Shown here piece by piece: positions 38,381 to 51,989 of a stretch of 64,000 nucleotides of DNA. Below the pieces are notes generated by a model. It did not search any database. It was given only the letters and a program-made list of their open reading frames with translations, and was not told where the DNA came from. Origin of the DNA: Spizellomyces punctatus DAOM BR117 (taxonomy: Eukaryota); assembly GCA_000182565.2 (NCBI GenBank), contig KQ257462.1; one strand, 5' to 3'. Within the stretch, counting starts at the first letter, position 1, and each line of letters begins with the position of its first letter. The position numbers and the translations under genes were made by a program.

Positions 38381-39190
38381 ATGAAGACTAGCCTCCTCTT
38401 TTTGGCTTTTGCAGTCCTCTTTGTCTCGTCGAATGCCGCTCCGGCGGTTGTTCGCCGTCAAGCAAATGCCAGCGTCGTTGCCACCCAACAGATTGAACAA
38501 CCAGTGACCAGTCAAGTGGTTGTGTTAGTATCGAACATTCACCATTACGGTTTACTCTAGGTTGCTGACTCACAAGTGCTTTCTGCCTTTTAGTCAAACT
38601 GTAGTGCCACAAGTCCAATCCGTAGTTATCACCAAAGAAGTCCTAACACCAACTGCGATCACCAGGACAGTCGCTACACCAACCTCGACCATCACTTACT
38701 TCACCGCTACTGTGACTGTGACACGTCCTGGTCCTAGATTCCAAACATCTACAATGCTCGAGACTGTCGTCTGGGGATCTCAGACTCAATTGAAGCCAAC
38801 TGTCATTCCCACCGTTGTCACTCAGGTATGCATCCAATGTCTCTGATGCTCTTTAGCAATCGGACCCTGAACTCATCAACATTTTTACAGTATATTACCA
38901 CTCAAGTTCCCGTGGTTGTTCAGACTACCCAAACTCTTGCCTATCCCAGCATGTACCCTGTAACGCCCAACTTGGTCTTTGCTAGTGACGAAGTGGTGAG
39001 TGCTTTGCACGGATCTTTGTATCTAGCATGCAAGGAATGGAGTCTAATACTCGATTTTTTTCATTAGCGCTCTACCTTTGTCGCTGCCACCGCTCAGGTA
39101 CCAGAAGTTGTTGAAACCCAAGTACCTGTGCAGGTCGTTACAGTTGCACCTGCGAACAACTCCCCCGCTGCTCCTACGCCAACTGCATAG
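38381..39190 (+). CDS. Small secreted Thr/Val/Pro/Gln-rich protein (cell-wall/mucin-like)
   Basis: Signal peptide MKTSLLFLAFAVLFVSSNAAP, Kex2-like RR, T/V-rich spliced exons ending ...APTPTA*; three introns. Confidence 0.65.
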
Positions 39191-39719
39191 GGCCCTCCGC
39201 TACGGATGGCGTTTTAAATGCATCGATGAACGAGTCCTGTGTTGCAGGAATATTTCATCTCTTTTTGACTTTTTTTTTGTACAAGTCTCTCTTTGTAAAC
39301 TGCCGTCTTGAACGTCCACTTTGGCCTTCATGTAAACCACTGTTGAAATACACAAAAGTCTATTCATCGCTATCATGATCATTTGCAAATCCATCTCTCA
39401 AGCACAGGCACAACCACTATCGTGTGCGATCTTTTATCCCATCTTGCATTTACTTTTTCATACTGATCAGGCACCATTTAACACTCTGGATCTGTCACAT
39501 GGTGGTAAAGAGTGGGGTAACGTGATACTTGCACACGTGGATAGCCGGGCAAATCTTGGCTTCCGGCGGCCTTTCCGATGTCCTTTCCCTTAAAGTTGGC
39601 TTGGTCATTGCAACCCATCTGACACTTGCATCCCACCTTGAAACCAACGATTTAGAATCCCCTGGCACTTGAAAACCCAGTCAGGTCCGCATAAAGTCGT
39701 TACTCGTCAACAAGCAAGC

Positions 39720-42700
39720 ATGATCTCGCGTTTGGAAAAGAAATGGAACCTCTTTAATGACTTGAATTTGGTCTCCGGCATGCTGCCGGAAGTCGCAAAG
39801 TATGGCCAAACGGTTGCCGACGAGATCTATAGCGATTTGTTTTTTTCTTATTATGCTGCACCTTGATAGAGTCGTATATTGGTCAAAAACCAAAACTGGG
39901 AACATTGTGGACATCTTTGTAAAACACTCTGCTCGGTAAGCAAGGAACCTCCGCTTTCGAATAAACAATAAAGTGTGTGCAGAAACTAGAAGAGTCTCAA
40001 TATCATGGGGAAGGGGTTTGGGCTATCCGCATGATTGAACGCTTGTGTCACACGCGTTTTCGATCATATCGGTTCAATGTCGGCGTGGACTCACATATGT
40101 TTTCCGGCTACAGCTGGCCAAACAAGGAGTGCATTATTATGGGCGATGAAAGTCTCACATTTAAACAGGTTGATGAAGGTAAGTACTGTATATATTTATT
40201 CCCGTAGTGGAAACTTGAGTACTCAATACGTACTCAATACCACCAGTGTCCAACCGCATGGTAGGTTCGACCGAAAGCATGTATTTCATATCATTCAACC
40301 AGCTAAACAGAAATAATGCTTGCATGAATAGGCGCATTGGCTTCTTGAGCAAGGAGTTAAGCCAAAAGGTGTGCATAGAGTACTTTGTATTGGATCTTTC
40401 GGTTCCCTTAACAACTTCAAATCTTAGATGTTGTGGCAATGGTGCTGGAAAACTCGCCAGGTACGCACGATTATACAGCCAAGTACTACACCGCAAATCA
40501 TTCGACAATATTAATGGAAATTTTCAAGAATTCATATATACATGGCTGGCGATTAACAAGTTAGGCGCCGTTGCTGCATTTATCAACACCAATCTGCAAA
40601 GTAAGAGGCGTGTGATCCGTTGGATAACGAGTGGAATGTTTTCTCAACCATTAGTCTTCCATCAGACCAAGCTCTTGCTCACTGCCTAAGGATTTGTAAC
40701 TGCGTTATGGTCATTTATCACTCGTCTCTTGCCTCCGCGGTGACAAAGGTTGCCCCCGATGTGGTCAACAATGGAGTTCAGCCACGTCTGTTCAGCTTTG
40801 CGGATGGAACTGGGCCTTCCGATGTCAACCGTGAGATCCTGAAATCATACAGTCCGCAACCAACGCCTCCAGAGCTAAAAGCTCAAGTCTGCATCGATGA
40901 TCCAGCTGTGCTGATATACACAAGGTTGACCCGTGCTCAAAGTCTTGGAGTAAATGTACACGCATTAATGCAATGGTCTCATGCAGCGGTACTACAGGAA
41001 TGCCAAAAGCAGCAGTTGTGTCGCACGGCCGTCACTATCGTACGTTGCAGAGGGCTCGTGCGGTTACCTTTTGAACGGCATTTACTGATACGAGCGATTT
41101 CAGTGGGAGGAAGCGTATTCGCTACTGCATACCATGTGAAGAATACGGATCGAATTTATTGCTGTCTTCCGCTTTACCATAGTTCGGCGGGTAAGAAGCA
41201 CCTGCTGTTTGTCTCATTACCACTGGTTAAAATAGACCCTTTTATCAAGCTGTTATCGTGATGGGAATGTCGTTTCGCACCGGAGCGACCGTCATTCTCG
41301 CCAAAAAGTTCTCTGCAAGTACCTTTTGGGATGATTGCAGGCGTCATAATGCCACGGCTTTCCAATACATCGGTGAGCTGTGCCGGTATCTCTTGAACCA
41401 GCCGCCAAAGGACAACGATAAAAAACACAACGTGCGATTGGCAATTGGAAATGGACTGCGTCCTGACATATGGATGGCGTTTCGGGAGCGGTTCGGCATC
41501 AAGGAAATTGGAGAATTTTATGCCAGCACAGAAGGTGCGTAGTAGCCGACATTGTTGACTTACTGCTTGACGTGTGACCGTCTTTTTGCTCGTCTTAGGG
41601 AACACGACCCTATTCAATTGGAATCATGGTCCTGACGGTGCTGGAGCTGTAGGTCATGCCGGTCCCTTGATGCGACTTCTGATGACCCTGCGGTTGGTGA
41701 AACTCGACATTGAAACCGAAGAGCCTCTTCGCACCCCTGATGGGTTCTGCGTCAAGGTACGGCCCTTGAATACGACGATGGAAATTTGCTAGCCAGGCTA
41801 ATTAGCGCAACGTTTGTTGAAGGCTGGCTTTGACGAACCAGGAGAGCTTATTGGAGAGATCATTCCTGGCGACCCTAGACGAGATTTCAAAGGATATCAT
41901 GGTGACAAGAAGGCAACCGAAAAGAAGGTGATGCGCAACGTCTTCAAGCAAGGAGACATGTGGTTTCGTACTGGGGATGTGCTGCGAATGGACGAGAATG
42001 GGTATGCTTTCGCGTCTTGCATCCGGTTTCATTACTGCATGTCTGATTTCTCATCTGTGTCGCTGATACCTCACTCAGTTATTACTACTTTATGGACCGT
42101 AAGTGTTTGTGCAGTCGTCGTGAAAGTCGCATCGCAATAGTATAATAAATCAAATCTGTGTATGTTATTACAGGTCTGGGAGACACATTCAGTAAGATGG
42201 AGGCTAAGCATATTGATTCTATTGCAGTGGACTAACTCTATGAACCCAATAGGATGGAAAGGAGAAAATGTGTCTACAACCGAAGTTCAAGAGGCAATAC
42301 TGACGTATCCAGGTGTAAAGGAAGCTAATGTTTACGGGGTACCAATTCCCGGTAGGTGCTTTTTCGTTACAAGACGTTCATGTGTGGGCAATGCAGCTGA
42401 GCCGCCACCATGGCTTATTTAGGACAAGATGGTAAGGCTGGAATGGGGTCTCTTGTCGTGGACGACTCGTTCGACATCAAAGGCCTCGCTGCATATCTCG
42501 GGAAAACTCTGCCAAAATATGCTATACCGATCTTTTTGAGAATTCAAGAGAGGTGAGATTGCATGATCAGTTACTGATCTTCACCACCATTGATGTCTTT
42601 CTACCGGAATTTAGCATTACCGTCACCGCAACTTTCAAGCACCTGAAGACCACTCTCCGCCAGGAAGGCTACAATCCCAATGTGGTCAAAGAGCCCTTAT

Positions 42701-42813
42701 TTTACCAGCCTCAAGCTCTTAACTTACCAGTGGCGGACTCGAACGGCTATGCTCCGTTTGGCAAGAGTGAATTTGAGAAACTCATTGCTGGTTCGACTAA
42801 GGCAAAGTTGTGA
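39720..42813 (+). CDS. FAT1: Very-long-chain acyl-CoA synthetase / fatty acid transport protein (FATP/Fat1)
   Basis: [74 protein letters not shown]; ends in PTS1-like AKL. Confidence 0.9.
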
Positions 42814-43214
42814 GTCCGTTAAAGGGGCTCTATATAGGGGCTATAGTGTATATACCTCTTTTTCATACACACGTATGCCGAAAGCACATTAATATAGATT
42901 TATGAAAGACTCTGAATAATAATCCTGGGCAAGTCACTGGCAACAACATTTATTGACCCATTTACAAACACAAAAACACCGTCGATTAAATTAGGATGCA
43001 TTATAAATAATTAAGGGATGTTTCCCGGCTCGTATCTATACTTCAGTTCCAGTCGCAACTTCATGTGCATACCGTAGTTTTCCTAGTCGGTTCGCCAGAA
43101 GTGCGACTTCTATATATAAATGCGCGAGAGAGAGCTGCTTGTATGTACAAAATCGCAGGCAAGTTGAAGAACGTTCTTTATCTTTTCAATCACGCTTAAT
43201 TTAGATCCTTTGGT

Positions 43215-44639
43215 TCACGCTTGTGTTTCAGTCACTTCCTCACGTTCGCTGTCCTTTGGTGCATAGACTTTATTGTAGTCCATCATCATGAGGGGCATAT
43301 TAAAGTCTGATTCCGCAGCAGGAGCAGACTCATCCGTAAATAGCGGACGGTTGCCTTCAAATGCGAGAGCGATACCAGCCATGCCACCAGCCATGGGTGG
43401 AGGACTAACGGTCGCAGCGTTGAGGAGGGTACGAAGGACGTGTGCGACATTGGAGGAACGTGATTTTTCGGCTGTTGCATCGGTTTCTTGGTCTTTGCTG
43501 AGTTTCTCAGAGTCAGAAGACGTGTGCTCTTCCTCCATCTGATCCGCATCAGCATTTTCGGCCTTGTTGCGCTTTTGTGATTTCTCAGCATCGACAATGA
43601 GATCATCAAAATCGACTGTGTCCGTGAGAGATCGTTTCCTTCCCGCGGAGAGGCTCATGACGAGGTCTCTAAACTTTTGATTTTCCTTACTACTCGCTTC
43701 AAGCTCTCTCACTAATGTATTAGCAACCGTAACAGCTTCATCCCGCTCCCTCCACCATAGCTCTCTCTCTCGCATCCAGCTCTCCCGATCTGCTGCAAGC
43801 CGTTCGGCAATGCATTGTATTTCAGCTAGCCGACTTTCAGCGTCCGCAAGACGGACTTCGAGAGCGTCGGCTTGAGCGGCTTTGACTTCCAGATCTTTAA
43901 CGTAGCGCTGGCGTCGTTCGCGGAACGCGCGTTGAGCGGTCCGGTTTTGTTCCGCTCTTCGCGCTGTTGTTTTGCGCTCGCCTGCAGATGAGCTTGGTGA
44001 GCGGCGGGATTTGGTTGATGAGTTTTTCCTTGCGCGGGTAAGTTCTGTGAGTGCATCTGGGGAGGACTGATCGTCAGCGGACGAACCGGCGTAAGAAGCA
44101 GCTGCGGCAGCTGCAACAGAAGTGCCAGCAAGCTTTGCTGCGGCGCGCATCATGCGCGTTTTGACGCTTTGAGCAGTGTTACTGCCTGCTGACTGGTGGT
44201 CGGAAAGACCCAATCCGCTAGGGAATGCATTTGAAAGATAGCCTTTTGATCGAACGGGGCTTTGGTGACCAGATGTAGCGTTACTGTGTTCAGAACTTGG
44301 GGACCCAGAATCCATGGATATAGGACTGAGACGCATTTGCATCCCGTCGTCGTGATGGTCAATCTCGTCAGCAGTAAAAGCTGGATGCATCAAAGGCGCA
44401 TGGTGAAGAGCATTACGGGTATATAGATGTTGATGGTATAGTTCAAACACGTTCATGGGATGGGATGCGTGATGGTGGATGTGGTGATGCGCATTGCCTG
44501 CAAGATCAGGTTCCGCTGCTGGCGCTCCTGCTGGTGGATACAGGCAAAAAGGGTTCCGAGGCATGTGGCGATCTCCGGGAACGGATGAAGGTGGGTGTTG
44601 GTCATGGTCATTGGGGAATCCTAGGTCCGGGGCTGCCAT
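43215..44639 (-). CDS. bZIP transcription factor (Yap/AP-1-like basic region)
   Basis: RRAEQNRTAQRAFRERRQRYVKDLE followed by heptad repeats and extended coiled coil; intronless 474-aa ORF. Confidence 0.85.
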   Translation of the reverse strand: MAAPDLGFPNDHDQHPPSSVPGDRHMPRNPFCLYPPAGAPAAEPDLAGNAHHHIHHHASHPMNVFELYHQHLYTRNALHHAPLMHPAFTADEIDHHDDGMQMRLSPISMDSGSPSSEHSNATSGHQSPVRSKGYLSNAFPSGLGLSDHQSAGSNTAQSVKTRMMRAAAKLAGTSVAAAAAASYAGSSADDQSSPDALTELTRARKNSSTKSRRSPSSSAGERKTTARRAEQNRTAQRAFRERRQRYVKDLEVKAAQADALEVRLADAESRLAEIQCIAERLAADRESWMRERELWWRERDEAVTVANTLVRELEASSKENQKFRDLVMSLSAGRKRSLTDTVDFDDLIVDAEKSQKRNKAENADADQMEEEHTSSDSEKLSKDQETDATAEKSRSSNVAHVLRTLLNAATVSPPPMAGGMAGIALAFEGNRPLFTDESAPAAESDFNMPLMMMDYNKVYAPKDSEREEVTETQA

Positions 44640-45863
44640 GGCTGTGGGTAAAGCTAGACTGCTGTATTATTGGGAAAAGAAACAGAAATTAAATCACGTA
44701 TAAGCCAAAAGCCTCTTGACAAGACGCTTGATGCTAGAGCATAAGTATATTTAAAATGGCACACGAACCTTTAATGTTCACTCGAATGGAATGCTGTCTG
44801 TGAACCAGCAGTTTATGTCTCAAACGTAACTGTAGAGCGACAAGAGACTTTATGCGCGGTCGTTGTGGGGACTCGAGAGACAGACGCGCTATTTGAGCTT
44901 CGCGTGCTATGCATCAGAATACCAATAGAGCCTCTATTCAGAACAATGCATGTACCGAAGGCCCCTCAGACACAGTTTCCGTATGCTTCTACCGCTTCTC
45001 GCTATGACGATACTGAACGAGGGGCGACCTTAGTGGGAGCTGAGCGACTAAACATGGAATGGTAGGAATCTCATCATAAACTGACCATGGGTAAGGGTCG
45101 GTAGTTGAGTGATATGGGTCCCATGACCTCTGAAGAATGGGTGGTTAAGTGTTTATGGTGCTTCCATATGGGCGGGGTATTCTTTCAGTTCTAATTAATT
45201 CTTTGAAAAGTGCGCGCGCTTGTTTTTATCATTCAAACTCCGCTATTGACGCGACTTCGAACGAAAGCACATCTTGGACGGAGGCGTCACGAGATGCTTT
45301 AACAAACGGTGCAAATACCTACTTGGACTAAAAGTTTGGGCAGCAGCAAATGTGTCTATACCACCGCTCACCTGCCGAGGAGGTAAACATTACCCCGTCT
45401 GTCCATCGCCTTGAGACCCTCAGCGCAGCAAAGACCAACAAAGCCGCGCGGAGCGCCGGAGTTTGATAAGCAAGTGTTACATGGTCCAAATATAGTTTAA
45501 TGAGAGAGTCACATGATGTACTCTCCAGCGCCCGAGCTTTGGACCTTTGGAAAGCCAAACAAGGTGGCTGTCGATCCCAAGAAAAATCAAACAGACTCCA
45601 TCAACAAAAGCACCCTCGCTTGGAGAAATGTGAAAGGTTAGTGACGGAATTTGATATGGCTGCCATTGTCGGGTTGTAACGAGCATCTCATCTCATCTTT
45701 GCCCCCCTCCACGCGAAGGAGGATAGTGGAGTCTTCACACCTCCACAATTTATGCGTCTGGGATTGTAATCATACTTTATACGGTACCGAAATTTAGTAC
45801 TGGCTTATTGTGGCTACCAACTTGTGGAAACTGCAGTAAATGCGGGTTCCGATGCTTGACCAA

Positions 45864-48562
45864 ATGTCTCTTCCCAAGAACGCACCACCTCAGACCACAT
45901 CTCAATTTGCGACGAGGACCCAGCTAAAGGCATATCGTGACTTTACAGACCTCATCAAAAAGGAGCCAGGCCTGTTTGATACCTGGCCAGAGTTTGATGG
46001 TAACAGCTAATATCACCGAGTCTCTTTGCACGTCTTACTGATAGAGGAAGTAATTAGATGCAGAAGTGCGAAAATCTGTGACACGGGCTGACGCAACTGC
46101 AAGCGAAAGCAATTTTAGAAATGGGGGGAAAGGGCCCAATCATCCGCCCAACATGGTCCACCCCGCTCCTTTGACGTACAAGCGCGTCCAGGACCGCAAA
46201 ACGAGGCAGGGACGATTACTCTTGGTATCCTTATTGGAGAATTTCTGCACTCTGTACGATGAATCCCCGGAACGAAACAGAAGACTATTTTATGTTATAT
46301 GCAAGCAGCTTCATAGTATGGGGGTAATTGACTCGGAGGACTTTCTAGAGGAACTACATGCTGTTCGAGGAAGTTACAAACGTGCATTTCGAGACTTGGT
46401 CGTACGAGCAATGGAGGCAATTCGGGAACAAGACGATCATCGGGTCTTGGATTTCACTCCTCCGTCGCCTGAACCGGACGTGCTGCGATCGTCCGTTGTT
46501 GAGCACAGATCATCTCTGTATCGCCCAGGAAGTTCGGAGGCCCTTTCACGCAGTACCAGTTTCATTTCTTCCCGGTTGGCAAGAACAGGAGAAACATTCG
46601 CATCTGTTTGGGACATGCGCTCATCCCGTTATAGCGAAGATTTCAATGAATTGCATGTCCTTGGAAAAGGGGCTTTTGGCCAGGTGTGGAAGGTCAGAAA
46701 CCGGTTGGACAATGTTGAATACGCCGTGAAGAAGATTCCATTGAAGATGGGGATGGGAAACTTAGAGCGAATATTACGAGAAGTAAAATTTCACGCCCGG
46801 CTATCGCATACGAACGTTGTTAGATACTTTTCTGCGTGGGTAGAGGACATTCCTGTTGCTAGAAGTGCCAACCGAGGGAATCCCCCGTCCATCATTAAGG
46901 ATGACGAAGGTGATTACATTCATACTACAACGGAAACGGCGCCCAATTGTCACCAGAAAAGCACCCATAGTCCAAGATGGGAGCAAGGGCGAATTACCGA
47001 AGTGGCTACTGATATGGAAGATGCAGCTATTGAGCAAGAATATGACGATAGCATGGAGGACAGTGTGGGTCTTGTATTTGCAGAGGACGATACGGCCGAA
47101 AAAAGTCCTACGCGCCATGACGAGCAGATAGTCCCGCGGTACTCTCAACGTCAACGTCCCAGGCGCTCGTTACCGTCGCCCGAACCGGATCCGTCGGACG
47201 AAGAAAGCACCCCGAAGGGTTTCTTTCAAACCAATAGCGCCTTTTACGCTAATATCAACGAACCAGAATCGTCAGATGATGATGAGGGCGCAGACAGTTC
47301 TCTGTACATGCGAGACTCTCAAGTCGCTGCCTCTACAAACGCCCGCCCCCAGCCTGTGGCTCATCCTACTTTGCCATCCCAAGCTAGTCTTCCCGATGAC
47401 GTGGAATTGACCCTGTTTATCCAAATGGAGCTGTGTGGACAGACGTTAAGAGACTATCTCAGAGAACGTAATAGACGCGTGTCTGAGGGCAGTACTGGGG
47501 TGAGTGTATATGAATGCCGCAGGATATTTCGAGATTTAGTGGAGGGTTTAGTATATTTGCATGGATTTGGCATCATTCATCGTGATGTCAAGCCAAAGAA
47601 TGTCTATTGGAAACCCGACGACGATGCGTCAGGTAAAGGAAGTTGGAAAATTGGAGATTTTGGACTGGTAACTGCCACAGATCTAGAATGTGGGGATTTT
47701 GTTGAAGTTAATGCGCATGAATGCGAGGATGGTGCGGTTGACGGACCGGAGTACGAAAAGGGGCCAGACGCAACACCCGTACATCCAGAGTCTGGTACTC
47801 GTAATTTCGGCCGATTAGGAAACCGGAAACCTCGTCGTCAATCCGAATCTCAGTCTCAATCTCAGTCTGATCGAACTGCTGGCGTCGGAACTGTTACGGT
47901 AAATGAGCTTTCTAGCCTGATTACATTCCAGCTTTTTGCCCTTTTTCCTTCTGACCAAGTCTTCTACTATTTCAAAGTATGCATCTCCAGAACAACTCCG
48001 TCCATCTCTATCTACTCCATACACCCCTGCTTCAGATATTTATTCGCTGGGGATAATTCTCTTTGAGCTCCTCCACCCTTTCGCCACTAATATGGAACGT
48101 GCCCGAAGCTTACAAGCGCTTCGCGAGGGGGCGATGCCTGAGAAGTTTATCGAAGAATATCCTGAAGAAGCGGGATGGATCTTTTGCATGATGCGAATGG
48201 ACCCTACATCGAGGCCTGGAGCTGGTGAGATTTTAGAATGGCTTGATGAGGAAGCGTATCTTGGACGACGGCGGTCGCGTGCTACTTATAGATCTCAGAG
48301 TCAATTAAGCTTACTCGGAAGCGGGCTGGTGTCAGTGGATGGGGGAGTAGACTGCGACTCAGACACGAGCAGAAGCTCTCCCCAAAGCAGCCCTCCAAAT
48401 TCTCTGGGTGCCGAAGTACCCGTAACACCTAATGTGTCACCCTCGAAACCTTCAGTTCTTTCAGAAGCAATGTCAGACAATCTTGTATCTCAAAATGAAA
48501 TACTGAAGGCTCGAGTCGAAGAACTTGAGCGACGATTAAGGGACATGGGTGTCGCGTTTTAG
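45864..48562 (+). CDS. eIF2-alpha kinase, HRI (EIF2AK1/Hri1-2)-like
   Basis: HRI-type N-terminal LLLVSLLENFC...LFYVICKQL; SRYSEDF..LGKGAFG, YAVKKI, LSHTNVVRYFSAW, long kinase insert, LFIQMELC, HRDVKPKN, KIGDFG, GTVT|YASPEQ (intron 47899-47977), PFATNMER; first intron 46000-46057. Confidence 0.9.
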
Positions 48563-49199
48563 AGAGAGACTTTCTCTGACGCAGGGACTAGCGGATGTAA
48601 TGAAAATGTATGCTAAAATGTACTTCTTTTGCAAATGTATATAAGAATTGACGATATTGAGAAAATCTATGCTCCATCCACGATTTGCTTAACTGGGGTC
48701 GGAGTTTTTGTCCCGACGCTTTCATTGCCCCCAACGTTTGTGGCTGAGAAAGAACACGGTGGTACGAGTGGTCTGGCATGTTCTGGCTTCAGCGTCTGGG
48801 AGGCACATGGATGAGGATGGGGAGACACATGGGACCTTCGACATCCATTCAGACACTTGTTTGCATGAACGAGGATAAATTACGAGGGTCGATCCCATCT
48901 CTCCTTCGGGTCTGGGAGAGCATACGATTCCCATGTTGAAAAGCATTGTTCTAATTGAGCAGCAAACGGTGGCGGGGTGCTTTGAGAGTATATCTTTAGA
49001 ATGAGGGACATTCAACTAGTCCCGACCAGCGTCGATATCTCCCCGCATCTGTGTCCATTTCTTATAAAAGGGACAAATCCTCCCCGGATTTCTCTCCTTA
49101 CCAATACCGCCTCAAAGCCTGCGCGCTTTACCAAAACTTGATATATCCTCATTTATTACATATCCGTGACCGATACCACGAGAAATCAAGCTGGTAGCA

Positions 49200-51534
49200 A
49201 TGTCGGCGCAAATTGTTGAAATCCCTATGGATATGCAATCCTCTCAGCCCGAAAAGCTAACGGGCAAACAGCAAGGCCAAATTGGCAGGCGCGAAATATT
49301 GGAAGAGGTCGAGCGGGCCAGTAAATGGCTCAGTGAGGCCGTTGCAAGGGACCGAAATGCCAAGGAAGCAAAGATGTTGGCGCAGAGGCGTCTCGTACAT
49401 TTCCACGAGGAAGAGGGTATGGAGTTTCTGAATTGCGTTACTCTGTAACGAAGTGTACTTAATTCTTCTTTTTTACCTCAGCCAATATATTCGAGGCCAA
49501 TCTGAAAGAAGCCCGTCAGCTCTACGAATCGCAGCTCGTTGAGCAACGTCTTGTCGAATGGCGGCAAAAGGACGCCGCGGATGACCTCCTCAAGGACGAG
49601 GAGCGCAAAACTGAACTAGTCAAGTTTGTGAACAAAATGGCTGCTCTCAAGATCAAGCTCAGACTGCAAGACGAGGCTCGAGAGCGAGAGGTTGCATTCA
49701 GGGAGAAAATCAAGATGAAGCGGGACGCACATCAGGCCCGAGTCAAGAAATTGGAAGAGCGACAAAAGAAGGAGAGAGACGAACTTTTATCAACGCAAGC
49801 CAGGATTGCAAAGGTATGATTTTACCATTGCTTTGGTGTGGCATCGTCTCTGGTGTGCTCATTCAGTTATCATTTCCTTAGAACCTGAAATTAATACAAT
49901 CTCTTGAAGTCCGAGGTATAGACGAGGCAAAGAAACGTCGTCTCCTCCGCGAGTTTGAAATCCAGTCACAACAACTTGCCATGAAGCAGCAAAAAGAAGC
50001 GGAACAGCTCCGCGAGATCCAACTTTTGAAGATTCGACACATGTCGGAGGCCGTTCAAATGGAGTTCGGCAACATGACCGAAATGGAGGAAGTCGCAGCT
50101 GAGCAGCGGTTGAAAGAGATTGAGCTGGATGCAGACAACCGACTTGCACTTCAGATGGAAGAAGAAAAGCTTGAACGTCAGCAAGCGAAGCTAAAGGCTT
50201 TACAACTCAAAGAAGAGCAAAAGATCCAGCGCAACCATTTGAAGCAAGGACAAAGGAAGCAGAGCAAGCTCCTGGAAAGGCAGCAGCGTCACGCTGCAAA
50301 GCTCCGTGAAAAGATGATGATGGCAGAAAGCGCTGCAATCCTCGGCGGCGACATGGCGATTGGTTCCGGTAACAGCGATGCCGACGGTTCAGACTCCTAC
50401 ACCGGTGACAGTGCTTCGATTGGTTCCTCTGAAGCATCCCGCTCCGAACTCGGCGCGGGTGACGACAGCGAAAACGAAATGGATGCCGAAACGCGGGCCG
50501 TGACCGAAAGCAATGCCGCAGCCGACGCCGAGGCCCGCCGCAAACGAAGCGCACGAAATGACGCCGAAAGCGAGTTAAACGAGGCGTTGAACAAAGGTCG
50601 TGAGCGTGTCAAGAATATGATCGCCCACCAGCGCAAAATGATTGAAGACCTCAAAGTCTATCACAAGGAAGTTCGAGACCAAAAGGCCCGCGAGCACAAG
50701 CGCAAGACTGCCGAAATGAACAAGGATCACGAAGACGAAATGCGCAACGTTAAGACGGAGCAAGCGCAGGAGATGGAAGAGCTTCTTGAGACCATCAGCA
50801 ACCAAGACCTTATTGCTGCCCAACAGTCATCGTTTGATAAACAAATGGACACAGTCGTGTCTAACCAGTTATTAGGAAATATGCTTCCCCGTCATGTGGC
50901 AGAGGAACTTAAAGCCGGTCGGACACCCGAGCCCGCCGCATTCGAGAACGTGGCACTCTTCTTCACCGACATTTACGGATTCAAGGAACTCGCCAACCGA
51001 TCGTCACCGCGCCAGATTGTCGCGCTCCTTAACAGGATGTACATTGCCTTTGATGAAGTGATTGCCAGGTTCCCTGATCTCTACAAGGTAGAGACCGTCA
51101 TGGATAGCTTCATGGTTTGTTCTGGATTAAGCGGAAATACCCAAAAATCTCGCCAAGACTGCATTCGTGATGCAACCATCGCCGCCGAATGCGCAATACA
51201 GCTGCTCGATGCTGTTGAAGCTATAGACATGTCTGACCAACTTGTTGAAAAGCTCAACCTCCGTATCGGTATCCAATGTGGACCGGTTCTAGCTGGTGTC
51301 ATCGGAACCAAGATGCCACATTACTGTTTGTTTGGTGATACTGTCAATACGGCCTCGCGAATGTGCTCTACCAACCAGGCCCTTAGGATTCAAGTCTCGG
51401 AGGCCATGTATGATTTGTTGAAGAATGAATACATTTTGGAGGAGCGGGGCACGATCGCTGTTAAGGGGAAGGGAGATATGAAAACCTTCTTTTTGCTTGG
51501 GCGGAAGGATAAGGTTAGTGAGCCCAACCATTGA
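49200..51534 (+). CDS. Soluble coiled-coil class III nucleotide cyclase, guanylyl-cyclase signature (paralog A)
   Basis: Introns 49417-49481, 49814-49881; long charged coiled coil; CTE LLGNMLPRHVA; FTDIYGF, YKVETVMDSF, MPHYCLFGDTVNTASRM. Confidence 0.9.
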
Positions 51535-51989
51535 TGGGAATGCTATTGGGCAGTTTAGTAAAGAGATTGAGCTCGTGGAGGTTGCGGGGTGGATTATGCA
51601 TCTATTGTTCTCGTTTTTTTTATATTCATCTCCAACAAAATATCAAAAATCCCAATTGGTCATTTGCAAATGTTTGCAATTGGGTGAAATTCTTTCGGTC
51701 TTATTCATTTTTCGATTCCCCATTGCGAAAGGAAATTCACAACAAAGGCAGACCAGGTTGATGTTAAGCTTTGGCTGACAATACGCATCCCTCAAGCAGC
51801 ACAAACGATCTTGGATCACGCATCCACTTAACCAAATAGTTCTAAAGCCGACATATGAGGCATTGTCTCCTCTACAGATGCGCGAATATGACCTGACAAA
51901 CAGCGATACAAACGGAGCAATACGGAGAGGTCACGGTTTGGTTGGCGTTAACCAAACTGGGTGTATTTATCAGGACATTTTTACGAAGA

